This document shows, piece after piece, positions 13,343 through 25,432 of a stretch of 64,000 nucleotides of DNA. The notes below the pieces were generated by a model that was given only the letters and a program-made list of their open reading frames with translations, searched no databases and was not told where the DNA came from. Both the position numbers and the translations under genes were made by a program. Location of the stretch: NCBI RefSeq assembly GCF_004010195.1, contig NC_057727.1, forward strand, positions 32,854,507 to 32,918,506. The letters are read 5' to 3'. This DNA comes from Chiloscyllium plagiosum (lineage: Eukaryota). How positions within the stretch are numbered: the first letter of the stretch is position 1; each line of letters begins with the position of its first letter.

Positions 13343-13747
13343 TGTGACGGACTCGGCCTCGCAGCAAAAAGACCAGAGCAGCCGTGCGCCGCTTCTATTA
13401 CCAAGCACAAGACCCTGACCGGCGGCCCTCTCAGTGCCTGTCGTAAAACACAATAAATTCACCTTTTACGTGCAACAGCACAAGGTCGGAGAGGAAATAA
13501 TCTCCCCATTAGCAAAGAAAATACATAATTAGCAACATCATGCTTTTTTCTCAGTTTAAAACTAGTAAAACCTGAGATCCCGCCTCCTGCGGGCCTAATT
13601 GGCTTCATGACAGGAGCCCAAGCGCTGAGTGGTGGTGACCGCTGTCAATCAGAAGGAGGTTGCCCCACCTCTATTGCCGCGGGCTGAAACTTGTCTTTGG
13701 CTGAGGATCCTCGAAGGTTGTGTCACACGCGCTGCTGGTATTTATCA
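13343..13747. promoter_or_regulatory. Bidirectional promoter rps23 / atp6ap1-like, with 5'TOP/TCT initiator
   Basis: Minus-strand pyrimidine tract TCTTTTT at 13366-13372, ~30 nt upstream of the rps23 ATG; CpG-rich; CCAAT-like boxes at ~13598 and ~13645; the two ATGs are about 405 bp apart. Confidence 0.8.
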
Positions 13748-13848
13748 ATGGAAACCTATAAAATACAGTGCTTAACAATTTCCCTTCTCATGAGACTTTC
13801 TGTTACTGCTGATCATACCGTGCCCGTTATCATGTGGTCGTCAGCAAA
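13748..13848 (+). CDS. atp6ap1l: ATP6AP1/Ac45-family V-ATPase accessory subunit, exon 1 (signal peptide)
   Basis: METYKIQCLTISLLMRLSVTADHTVPVIMWSSA, ending AA|GTAAGT (phase 2). VPVIMWSS matches the Ac45 VPLVLWSS motif. Confidence 0.88.
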
Positions 13849-14775
13849 GTAAGTTAAAGTGTTCAAACTACAAGTTGTTTCAATATTTACTACTATATGC
13901 ATACATCTATTATAATAATGTTATGAAGGATCAATAAGGGACATGCTATTTTATCAGTAGATGATCATGGACATTTGGATTGCCTAATACAAATTTCGCA
14001 TAAGGCTGTAATGTTGAAAACTTAACTCGGTACTAACTGCTGAGATTATCAATTTATTACTGAATATTACATACACTATGGCAATTTCGTAAACAGCTAA
14101 AAGTTTAAATGATTTATTATTTTCATTATTTATGTTAACGTAACTTAATTCCATATTATCCATTTTAAGTAACTAATTTGTTTTTGTATTTCTTCCATTC
14201 CAGTTAAAGCAGTGTTCAAATGAAACAATTGCAGTGTCCCTGTAACTTGGTCTATCCACAAACGTTGATTTTGTAATATAAATATTGGAACCTTTTGATA
14301 TCAGTAACATTTCGATTTTTTTATTTCAGATTTCTAAAATTTGCAGTTTGTTTTTCCTTGTGCGTACCAGATTTTAACTCAACATAAAATTTAATTGTAT
14401 TTGTGAGTGGAGAATAAGACTAAAATGTATGTGTTTTTAATCATACTTATTTCCCAATGATGAATTCAATCTTAATATCTAACTGTACTGCACAGATGGC
14501 ACTTTACCGATTATGTAGGCCAATGTGGACATGTGATTCCGTTAATCCGTATTAGATGACCTGAGATCCAACAATAAATCAGTGCTCGGACAGTGTTCAC
14601 GGTTCCGAAGTGCCTTCTCCCATTTTATAATTTCTTTCCAATACAAATGAGGTTCAGATAGCCGCGATGCTTGGTAGTATATCCAATACGAGAGAAGGAC
14701 AGCCATGCAGAAAAACATAACTTACATAATGTATGCACCAGTGTATAAATTCCATACTTTAAATGGGTATACAAA

Positions 14776-15115
14776 GTTAAAAATCACACAACACCAGGTT
14801 ATAGTCCAACAGGTTTAATTGGAAGCACACTAGCTTTCGGAGCGACGCTCCTTCATCAGGTGGTTGTGGAGGGCTCGATCATAACAGAATTTATAGCAAA
14901 AATTTGCAGTGTGATGTAACTGAAATTATACATTGAAGAATTGATTGTCTGCTAAGCCTTTCATCTGTTAGAATACAGTGATAGTTTCACTTCTTTCATG
15001 TGTAAATCACAAAACCCTTTTTTTTTTAAGTTGCATTCTCTTGTTAGCTGTTAACCATGGTGATAGCTAGACAATATGTTGAAGGTGTTCGCCCCCTGTG
15101 TTCTCTGTCTATGAC
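14776..15115 (-). mobile_element. Penelope-like terminal fragment (family C) with intact hammerhead core at 14828-14862
   Basis: Minus strand reads CAC-CTGATGA-A-GGAGC-GTC-GCTCC-GAAA-GC-TA-GTG. Confidence 0.8.
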
Positions 15116-16885
15116 CAAATGGGTATGGTCTCTTTTTATAACAAAAACCGCTGGAGAAACTCGGCAGGTCAGGCAGCTCCGAGAGTCATAGAGATGTACA
15201 CCATGGAAACAGACCGTTTGGTCCAACCCGTCGTTTCGAATCTAGCCGCCCTTCTTCAGAAATATTAACCCTGTTTTCTCCCCACAGATGCTGGCAAACC
15301 TGCTGAGTTTCCAATGTAGGCAGTTCTCTGCTTTATTTGTATTTAACATCTCTGTTTATAACACTTTCTCAGTTCGGTGGCAGTACTTACCATCCTAGCA
15401 CCAAATTACGCAACGTAACAATAGTGGCAATATAGTGTCATTTGGATAGAGTGCACTCTGAAGAGTCATCTAAACTCGAAATGTTAGCTTGTTCTCTCTG
15501 TGGCTGCTGTATGACCCACTGTGTTTGTTGTTTTAAGTTTAGATTCCAGCATCTGCAGTAATTTGTTCCTATAGTGCCGTTTATATGTATAAAAATGTTC
15601 AAAGTTAAAATGTTCTAGGAATAACATTTAAGAAATAGTTGAGCCATGATGCTACTTACATATATTGGCCGCTTAAAGATATATTTTGTGCAGCTGAATC
15701 ATGTTCAAAGCCTCATGTTCCTATTTCCATCAACTATCGTCTAACAAAATGCTGATAGATATTTCGGTAAATATCTTGCGGAGCTTTTATAAAGCTTCGC
15801 AACAAAAACATCTCGTGCAGTTTATGCATTTTCAGCAACAATGCTATTCAAAAATAATTAACCCATTGCTTTCTTTGCTGTTTAATTCTTGATGTCCTAT
15901 ATCCGTTCACAAATGCAGTACTATTGCGAAGTCTTTTCCTGGTCGTATATCCGAGCTTCTCGTTAATTACAAAAACTGAAACTACAGTTTTTGACCTGCG
16001 GTAAACTTTGAAGGGATATGAGTACTAAACGACAGGCCGAAGTTTCTGTGTTGCGGAGGGTATGAATTGGGATTTAAGACTTTATGATTCTAGGAATTTC
16101 TTGTTCTCCGATTTTCAGCAACACGATTCCACGGCGAGCCAGCTATTCACAATCCAACAAATCTGTGTGCGACAGTTATTCTGAAAAGAGATGAGACATT
16201 CTGCTGTTTGGATATTCACCAAATAAAACTAAAATACTGTGGATGTTGCAGATCTGAAGTAAATCAGGACGTCAGTAAGTTTGGCAGCATCAATGGTGAG
16301 AGTTAACGTTTGGCATCAAATTTCTCTTCTGAAGAAGAGTATCTTTGGACTCCAAAAGTTAACTATGCCTGTCTGTCCACTGAGGTTACTACCTGCTGGG
16401 ATTCCCAGCACTTTCTGTTTTTGTTTTTGATATCTAGTCATATTGACCGAATTTTGAAGCAATTTGCTGAGTTATCCTTTTCTGCAAATAGTAAACACCC
16501 AACTGAACAGACCAGATAAGATTTCTCTTATTCCAATTCAGTTCTTCCAGCAGATGCATTGTGATATTTAAGCACGAAGAAAAAATGTATTTTAAAGTCT
16601 AGTACTTGCCACCTGATGTCACAAAGAACTTCAGGTTGAATATCACAATTTACTTTATCTCTTACATTTACCTGGCCAATTTGATTCCTACTCGCAGCAT
16701 GTTCAATTGTCTCAGGTATTGCAGTACAGGTAATTAAAGTCAGAATTAAATCATAAGATTAAATCATAATAAAATCACAAGTGCAAAAAAAGTAGTTACC
16801 ACATTGGTAAATGAAAATATCAAATATGTGGATGTTTCTATTTTGCAACTAATACAAATATATTACTTCATTCAATTTAATACAG

Positions 16886-17021
16886 GGCATTGTGGAAGAC
16901 AGTGAATATTCCACATCAAGAGCACAATGGATCACACAAAGAAGCACTGGAGCTGTTCAGGTACCTGAGTTCTGCAGTCAACAGAGGCCCAAAGAAAGTA
17001 ATACTTTTCTGGCAAAACGAG
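16886..17021 (+). CDS. atp6ap1l: ATP6AP1-family gene, exon 2
   Basis: TACAG|...GAG|GTAATT; ALWKTVNIPHQEHNGSHKEALELFRYLSSAVNRGPKKVILFWQNE aligns with Ac45 DLW...[20 protein letters not shown]. Confidence 0.9.
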
Positions 17022-17419
17022 GTAATTAAGGCAAAATTCTTTCTGTAAATCTATGAGTTAAATGGTTCTAATGTGTTAGATGGGCACAAAAGCATGATTC
17101 TTTTGATTAGTCCCAAAATCTGGAAAAGATTGTATTCCACAATAATCTTTTATCCATCTTTAGCTAATACCAACATAATGTTCCTATAAAATTGCTGCAA
17201 TATTTACTAAATTTCAAATCAGTTAAAATGCTAGCAAATAATCTTGAAATGTGAAAATTCATTATCAAATCCCACTTTTGACTGCTAAAAACTGCTCACT
17301 ATTTTATGACCATTCTGGAGTCATCTATGAATGCAAAGATCCTGGCTTCTTTTCTGCACTGGAAACCATATAACTATATCATTAGCTCCTCTATCATTAT
17401 ATCCAACAAGTGTCAGGAA

Positions 17420-17600
17420 CTAAAAAAATCAAAGAACTGTGGATGCTGGAAACCAGAAACAAAACAAAAACTGCTGGAAAACTCAGCAGGTCTGGCAGCA
17501 TCTGTGGTTTTAAAAAAAGCAGAATTAACATTTTGGGTCCAGTGACACTTCTTTGGAACTTCAGTTCTGAGTTTTTCAAGCAATTTCTGTTTTTTTATGT
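17420..17600. mobile_element. Inverted Penelope-terminus derivative
   Basis: GAACTGTGGATGCTGGAAA...AACTCAGCAGGTCTGGCAGCATCTGTGG with a short inverted return. Related copies at ~15140-15330, ~16225-16430 and ~50755-50880. Confidence 0.6.
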
Positions 17601-17989
17601 CAGGAGTTCTTGGATATCTTTGTCACTAAGATTTAAACAATCCCATCAGTTGTGCCTGCCACATTCATCCCTTCCATGAGCTGATCTGGTCAAATTTACT
17701 TTAATATCCTTCCCTGCTCTTGCCCGAAGTTTGTATATTTCTCTATTTTTTTTCTCATCTTTCCTCATCCCTGATCTGAATTCAACTGTCCCTAAAATTC
17801 ACCTTCTCTTGATCTTTCTCTAAATTGCTGATCACCTAACTCCCCGCCTCATTTTGGACAATATTGTAAAGAGTACAGCGTCTATAGAGAACAGAGTTGA
17901 GATAAAGTATATACTTTGAGTATTATCCCTCTTTCCATTTTATATGCAATCATCACTCCCTCCTCAAAAAGAACCCTTGACCTCTCCAG

Positions 17990-19030
17990 AGCATATGGAA
18001 CAATGGTTTACAAGAATGAAGTCCTTGAATACATTGACTCCTTCCAAATCTGTGCCATGTTTTCCTCAGGCTTCTTGTCTGAATCCCTTTGACATGGCTT
18101 CTGTATTTCCCTTAATACCAAAACATCACTTCTCCAAAGTTACCAATCAGATCCTATGTGACTGTGACAAAGGTAAATTATCCTTTCTTGTTTGTCTGGG
18201 CCTATCTACAGCCTTTGACACATCATTCTCCTCCAGTCCTCTGCACTGTCATCCACTTGGGTGGCACTGCACTTGCCTAGTTCAACTCTTACTAATTATA
18301 TATAGAGTTTTACTTGAAATGGCTTTACTTCATGTTCTTGCTCCATTAGTGTTTCCCAAGGATCTATCCTTAGCCCTCCTCCTTTTTCTCAGCAATATCA
18401 TCCAAAGACAGTCTTAGATTTCACACGAGTACTGAGATACCCCAATTCTACCATGATACTATTTCTCTGGACTCCTGCACTATTGATAAAATATTATTCT
18501 GCCTATCTGACATCCCTGAACAGAGAGACAGAAATTTTCCTCAATTAAACTTGGGAAAATCAAAGTCTTTATTCCTCACCACAAATTCTGTTTTCTAGCT
18601 ACTGATCCTATTTCTTCTCTGGTAACATTCTGAGATCAAACTACCTTGGTGCCATATTTCAACTCATGATGTACTTTTGATCAGGTAGCTCTAGCACTAA
18701 AATATAACTGATTTGCCTCAGTTCATCTGCTGATAAAATCCTCACTTATGTTTTTGTTATCTGTAGATGTGGCTAGTTAAATGGACTCCTGGTAAACCTC
18801 TCAGATTCTTTCTTCTGCAAAACTTAGGTCATTCTAAATTTTGCTGCTGTCCTATTCATCTTTTATCCCTGTGCTTGCTAATGTACATTGGTTCCCAATC
18901 AAGCAATAGCATGATGTTAAAATTCTTATCCACATTTTCAAATCCCACTGTGACCTTGCCCCTCATCTGTATAATTCCTTCTATTTCCACAATTTTGAGA
19001 TATGTGTGCTCATCTAATTCCAAAGACTTA
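17990..19030 (+). mobile_element. Old L2-like LINE RT fragment
   Basis: KVTNQILCDCDKGKLSFLVCLGLSTAFDT resembles the L2 motif KVxNDIL...LLDLSAAFDT; degenerate VPQGSILxP. Confidence 0.65.
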
Positions 19031-19111
19031 TTTAACAGAAAGTTATATTTATTCAAATTAATACTAATCATCTAGTTCTTACATTTCTTTACATTTTGAT
19101 TGTACCTTCAG

Positions 19112-19174
19112 CTGAACATCCATGATATTATTACTGTTGATGGAAAGTTGGCCCACACATTTTCAAACATTCAG
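19112..19174 (+). CDS. atp6ap1l: ATP6AP1-family gene, exon 3
   Basis: Phase 0-0, 63 nt; LNIHDIITVDGKLAHTFSNIQ aligns with LSIEDF...AFSNLE. Confidence 0.88.
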
Positions 19175-19973
19175 GTATGGTGGAACTTAATTTCATAAGC
19201 ACATTTTTCAAAATTATATTTTTTTGCTTATTTTAAGGAAGCAGTAGCAAATTAAGACTTCATGTACAAAATAAAATTTAGTCTTTGAATTTTAGGAGTT
19301 AGTTTAGATTATGAACAATATTCATAACATAACTGATAGCTTAGAAAACAGATGTAACATTAACTAACTTTTCAGAAAGAATCGTATGAATAAAAAAGAA
19401 AGGATAGAATTAATATGTAATGATGGCAAAATAATTAGAAGAAACTGTGACTAGGACATTGTTTAACTCTATACTTGCTTGGCAGTCACAATACCAAATT
19501 TTGTTCTACTGTGGTTTAGGAGGAAGCCATTAGAGAGAAATTTTTAACTTGTTCTCCTCCTTCCAAAACAACAATACAGTTAAACACTATTAAATTCAAT
19601 AGCTTAATTTTAAAAAATAATTTTAATGATCATAATGATATAATTATAATAATTCTTTGGTATGTTTATAATCCTTTTATTCGGTTGAAAGTTAAATGAA
19701 AACATTTTGGTCATGATATCGGGTATGAGAACTGAAAGGATGGTCTTGCCATTCACCTCATGTATAAGTATCTAAAAACCATTCCCAGTTTGTCAAAAGT
19801 AATAACTTTTTCATTTGTCTTTGGTGGGATAATAGTGGATAATTGCCATAAATTCACACCATTGCCATAAGTTCATTGCCATTTTGCCATTGGTTCACAC
19901 CTGTGTATGGATTCTGCTTACCAAGGTTGCAATGTGTAGCCTGTGGACAGAAATTACTTCCCCAATTGCTGAA

Positions 19974-22900
19974 TGTAGTCATTGTAACAAAGTCTGCCAG
20001 GTGGATCTTCTAGAATATAAGTTCCCCAATTGCTGCTGTTAATCTGATCCAATCAGGGAATCCTGACTGACAGATAAAAAGAGGAATGTAAAAAAAAGAA
20101 CAGGAATATAAAAAAAAATAAACAGGGGACTAAGGGCAGTGTTTGTCACTGGCCACCCGGGTGTTTTCCTATCTTCCTGGTGGTGGAAATTGAATAAAGA
20201 TTGGTGCACTTTGTGTCTTCCACTGTGTCTCACACCTGCACATACACACCATGGGTGCTGGGGATAAAATAAGCACTACCGCACTTAGGTGGTAGTGTGG
20301 GGGTTAAATTATAAAAAAAAAAGAAAAAAAAAGGAATGTAAAAAAAAGAACAGGAATTAAAAAAATATATATATAAACAGGGGACTAAGGGCAGTGTTTG
20401 TCACTGGCCACCTGGGTGTTTTCCTATCTTCCTGGTGGTGGAATTTGAATAAAGATTTGTGCACTTTGTGTCTTTCACTGTGTCTCACACCTGCACACAC
20501 ACACACCATGGGTGCTGGGTATAAATAAGCACTACCGCACTTAGGCGGTAGTGTGGGGGAAAAAATAAATAAACAGGAGATTTTGGGCGTTTGCACTCCC
20601 TTTTTGATTTTCTGAAAAACCTCTTCCTCTGCTTTTGGCTGCACTTCAGTCCCACGCTCTAAAAAAAAATGAGGAATGTAAGAGCCCGGGTGTCCTTGGA
20701 GAAGGAGCACGCGGTGTCGACCAACACCCTGGGGTTGTTCAGGGAGAGGTGGGCGCCGCAGGGAGTGGAGTGCATTATTTCTCCCTCCAACTCTATTTTG
20801 ATTTAGTCCCTCCCCTCCCTTTCACTGTTTTGATCACACAGCACTGCCCTTTGATGTGAAGGGCAGTGTTTGTCACTGGCCACCCGGGTGTTTTCCTATC
20901 TTCCTGGTGGTGGAATTTGAATAAAGATTCGTGCACTTTGTGTCTTTCACTGTGTCTCACACCTGCACACACACACCATGGGTGCTGGGGCAAAAATAAG
21001 CACTACTGCACTTAGATGGTAGTGTAGGGGTTAAAAAAAAGAAAATTAAAAAAAGGAATGTAAGAGCCCGGGTGTCCTTGGAGAAGGAGCACGCGGTGTC
21101 GACCAACACCCTGGGGTTGTTCAGGGAGGGGTGGGTGCCGCAGGGAGTGGAGTGCATTATTTCTCCCTCCAACTCTATTTTGATTTAGTCCCTACCCTCC
21201 CCCTCACTGTTTTGATCACACAGCACTGCCCTTTGATGCAAAGGGCAGTGTTTGTCATTGGCCACCCGGGTGTTTTCTTATCTTCCTGGTGGTGGAATTT
21301 GAATAAAGAATCGTGCACTTTGTGTCTTTCACTGTGTCTCACACCTGCACACACACCATGGGTGCTGGGGAAAAAATAAGCACTACTGCACTTAGGTGGT
21401 AGTGTGGGGTTAATTAAAAAAAAAGAGGAATGTACTGCAGTTCGGCGGTAGTGTGGGGGTAAAAAGGGGAAAAAAAGAGTAAAAAAACATAGGAATGTCA
21501 GAGGTTCTGTTAAAAAAAAAGGAAGAAAAAAAGAAGAATGTCAGAATGGCAATCTGAGAGCTGGCTCTGAGGGCGCTAGACTAGTGTCAAGGATTTGGCA
21601 TATAAGGTGACTTTGTGATGGGATATCAGCCTTTGTGGAATTATTTCAGTGGCGAAGAGAGTAAAGCACATTCTTGAAGAAACTCACTCATAACAGTTGG
21701 CTTTGAGTTGAGGTAAACATTTTTGGCATCATGATTATTTGGGAAGCTTGACAACATTGCTGTTGAAAACTGGGGCCATTATATGGAAAAGTTGTGTTTT
21801 TTTTTTCCAAGGCAAATGACATTGGGGCAGATGAAAAGCAACGAATAATTCTCCTGACAGCTTGTGGATCGACAGCATTTTCAGTATTAAGAGTCTAACT
21901 TTCCCTGTGGCACCAGATACTAAAACCTTTCAAGAGTTAGTTTAGATTTAGTTGAGGAATATTACAGCCCAAGCCTCCTCAAATTCTGAGATGCTATTGC
22001 TTTTACTCAGCAATTCAAAAAACTAGGGAATCTGTATTGACTTTTTTGACTAGGTTAAGAAGACTGCAGAGGTTTAACCCTTAATGAGATGCAAAGAGAC
22101 GATTTGGTATGTGGGATTAATGATGTAACAATGCTGAAGCCCAACTGGACTTCAAATAGGTAAAGCTGGCTTTATCATTGGAAAATGTTGCAAGTGGAGC
22201 ATATAAGTTGCAAGGTATACCGATGAAAGTGGACACCCCTGCCAGTCTGACTGAGTTTGGGAAGCACCATCTGAATTAAGGAAATTGCATAGCCATACTC
22301 AGGATATATCCTGAACAGATGGACTGTAGGGCAGCCCACAGCAAAAACCCAAAACAAAGACAAACCTCAGCCAAACAGTTAAAGCCAAACAGTTAAAACA
22401 TTCTTGAGGATCTGGACGGGCAAGCCATTGTAATTGCAGACCTGAGACAGCAAAGGAGTCCTACTAGATCTAAACTCAGTAAGAGAACCCTTGGGCTGGT
22501 ATTCAGTAGGGTGTATATCCAGACCAAAGTTTGGTCTGGATTCCAACCCTTAAGTTTGCTCTGGATTCCAACCCTTAAGTTTGCTCAAGACCTTGGCTAG
22601 ACTGAGGACCTACACCAGGGAACCTTTACAGATTAAGGAACAACTTCGGTTCTGACCTCTTATGAGAAGTGGCTGGTTCTGTTACAACTGATTGTAGTAA
22701 CAGGCTGAGGCCAAGCTTGACGGAGCGAATTTGGTTGAGAAAGATTCACCTAGATTGGCTCAATACTCTTTGATTAGAAAATGGTTGCCTGGGTGAAGTT
22801 CTAATTAAATACCCAGAAGTCTTTCTGGAAGGTCTATGGACTAGCAAAGTCACCTTGAATGTTGACCAGGATGCAATTTCATATTTCTGTAAGAACTGCC

Positions 22901-24910
22901 CAGGGACATTTGCCTTTTGGGCAAAAGTAGAGGCCGAAATCAGAAGGTTGGAAAGTTAAAGAATCATCAAAGCAGTCCAGTTTGTGGAATGGGGAGCACC
23001 AGTCTTAACAATTTTGAAGCCCTATGAGTCGGTTTATCTTTGTAGGGATTTTAAACAAACCGTAAACCACTTTTTGCAGCTGGATAAATACCCAGATCCT
23101 TGCATAGAGGAGTGGGGGCTATCCTTCATGAAGCTGGACATGAGCCATGCATCTGAAATTGCAGTTAGATGAGAATTCCCAGAAGTATTCGATGATTAAT
23201 ACCCATTAGGATTTGTATGAAAAAGAGACTGCAATTTGAGGTATTGTCAGCCTCTACAATTTTTCAGTAGACAATGGTGAACATTTTGCAAGGTCTACCA
23301 CAGGTTGCCATTTATCTAGATAACATGCTAATAACAGGGAAGACCAATAAGGAACACTTAGAGAACTTGGGCATAGTCCTTAGACGTTTCTCCCAGGCAG
23401 GTGTATGCCTAAGAAGGGAATGATATCTGTTACAGTAAGTGACTTAGTTGGGCTACAGAGTCGACAGGAGTTTCTATACCGGAGTTTAGGACTTTCTTGT
23501 AGCTGGTGAATTATTACAGACAGTTCGTACGTAATCTGGCCTCCAGCATCCTAAACAAAACTCAGCCTTAGAAATGGTCACATGACCAAGCCATAACTTC
23601 CGGAGAAGTGAAGAAATAGCTATCATCTTCTAAGGTGTTGGTACACTGTGATCCCAAGTAAAATCTGGTATTAACATAAAGTACTTTCCCATACAGCATT
23701 AGGGTAGTATTAGCTTATAGGAGGCCCAGTGGAGAGGAACACTCAATAGTATTTGCATTTCAGACTTTGGCTCATACAGATGGAAGATGTACATAGCGGA
23801 AATATGCCCAGATAGAGAAGGAAGGTTTGACGGTCGTATTTGGAGTCAGCAAGTTCCACCAATACCTTTGCTGACATAAATTTGTGAAATTAATGGTTCA
23901 CAAACCCGTATTAGGTCTATTTAAAGAAGGCAAGGAAGTGCCGCCAAAAGTTCAGGCTGAATTCAGCGTTGGGCTATAAAACTAAGTGTGTATAGTTACA
24001 AGTTGGAACACCGTCTGGGAGGTCAAGTAGTGAATACGGATGCAATGAGCTACTTCCCATTGGCACTGGTGGAACTGCCACTTGAAGAATCCATAATGGT
24101 TTTACATTTTTTGGACACACTTCCAGTCACAGCTCACAATATCAGACTTTGGACGCAACAAGATGTAATCTCTATCAGGAATGCCAGGGTCAGATATTAG
24201 ATTCCACCCTGTGAGAGAGACAGTTTACTATAAGGGACAAAGTTTGGTGAGGGAACCACAGAAAGGGCCTGCATGGGTGAGAAGCTTGGTCAAAACAAAG
24301 TCTGGTCCACTAATGTATAAAGTTTGGGTAAGTGCAGTGGTCCTGAACAAGCATGTGGACCATATGAAACCTGCAAAGATGCAAATGGTGTGGCAGCAAA
24401 ACATGCCCTGCTCCTCGGAACAGTCATAATGGCTGTCAGAACCTGTGGATTTTCCCTCTCCATTAAGCGTTGAAGTGACCTTTGAATCGGCTATGGATTC
24501 AGCAGATCTCATTATGTAGACACCTTTGCCTCAGAATAAGACAGTGAATTTCTCTTGAGACAAGCTGGGCACAAGAGACTAACTGCTGTGCATTACACAC
24601 TGCTTGTATCGGATGTAGAGTCAGAAGAACCTGACCTGATGCTAAAAAGCCCCAGAAGGCACTGTAAAAGAAAGGACCAGCCTGTGCTCTCAGACTCAGA
24701 AGGAGAGGAATGTAGTGATTGTAATGATATCAGTCAAGGGGATCTCATAGGTTGGACCAGATTAACAGTCTCAGTCAGGGAGCCCTGGGCCTGGTTGATA
24801 GATAAAAAGAGGAATGTCAGATGTTCTGACACTCTGACGGATATATACTTTCCACATGTAAATAAAGGGTGATTTAGTGTTGGCATACCAGCCTTTGTGG
24901 AGTTACTTCA
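19974..24910 (+). mobile_element. Degenerate Ty3/Gypsy LTR retrotransposon with both LTRs and TSD
   Basis: 5' LTR 19974-21648 (interrupted) and 3' LTR 24711-24910, both TGTAGT...TTCA; CTGAA duplicated on both flanks; PBS-like TGGCGAAGAG at 21650; purine tract before the 3' LTR; RT YLDNMLITG (~23313); RNase H YAQIEKEGL..FGVSKFHQYL. No recognisable integrase core. Confidence 0.9.
20090..21541 (+). mobile_element. Tandem stack of 5'-truncated Tx1-clade LINE 3' ends inside the Gypsy 5' LTR
   Basis: Four 250-380-bp copies plus two short remnants, each ending in an A-rich tail followed by (A/G)GAATGT. 20678-20806 encodes VRARVSLEKEHAVSTNTLGLFRERWAPQGVECIISPSNSILI*, which resembles a Tx1 ORF2 C-terminus. 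Confidence 0.8.
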
Positions 24911-25238
24911 CTGAATAACTAAGCCATGCATCTGGCAGGGTATGAGACTGCTCACAGATTTGCTCTAGGACCAGGATTTTCTGTCAGTTTTATCATGCAA
25001 TGTCTATCTTTTTTTTTAAAACATGGGCTCAATTTCACCATCTGCAGTGGTGGAATTTGAACTCCGAGCCCCATAGCTTTAGTCTGAGATTCTGGATTAC
25101 TAGTGACAATATCACTATGCCACCTCCCTCATTTTTTAATTAGTAGAGTAAAATGAACCCTATGGACTTATTGCCTCCTGAATGTAAATGAAAGGAGTTA
25201 CCTTATGGGCTCAATGTAAACTTTTTCATTGCCTGTAG

Positions 25239-25432
25239 AATGCCCTGGATTCTTCTCCATCGTCCATTATCCTACCAGCTGTAAACCAGCATTGGACAAA
25301 TCAGCTGCCAAGATATCTTCAACAGAAACTTGGAGAAGACCCAATACTTGTGAATTATTTACCTTTTTGGAATCCAGGACTGAGCAGCACAAAATCTTCT
25401 CTATTAATCGTGAAGTTATCATCAAAACACAG
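25239..25432 (+). CDS. atp6ap1l: ATP6AP1-family gene, exon 4
   Basis: 194 nt; NALDSSPSSIILPAV...RYLQQKLGEDP...LLIVKL aligns with NALDLAPSSLVLPAV...YLQEKLG. Confidence 0.93.

Noticed and set aside
16616-16729. Hydrophobic, signal-peptide-like stretch ending CAG|GTAATT as candidate exon 1 of the Ac45-like gene
   Set aside because: It has two in-frame TGA codons and the wrong phase for exon 2; 13748-13848 fits both phase and motif.
20090-21541. CRISPR-like or satellite array
   Set aside because: The context is eukaryotic, and the units are long near-identical LINE 3' ends with A tails, not short repeats with unique spacers.
22534-22586. Short tandem duplications (about 25 bp here and about 23-27 bp at ~59092-59140)
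   Set aside because: Ordinary slippage duplications within or beside decayed repeats.
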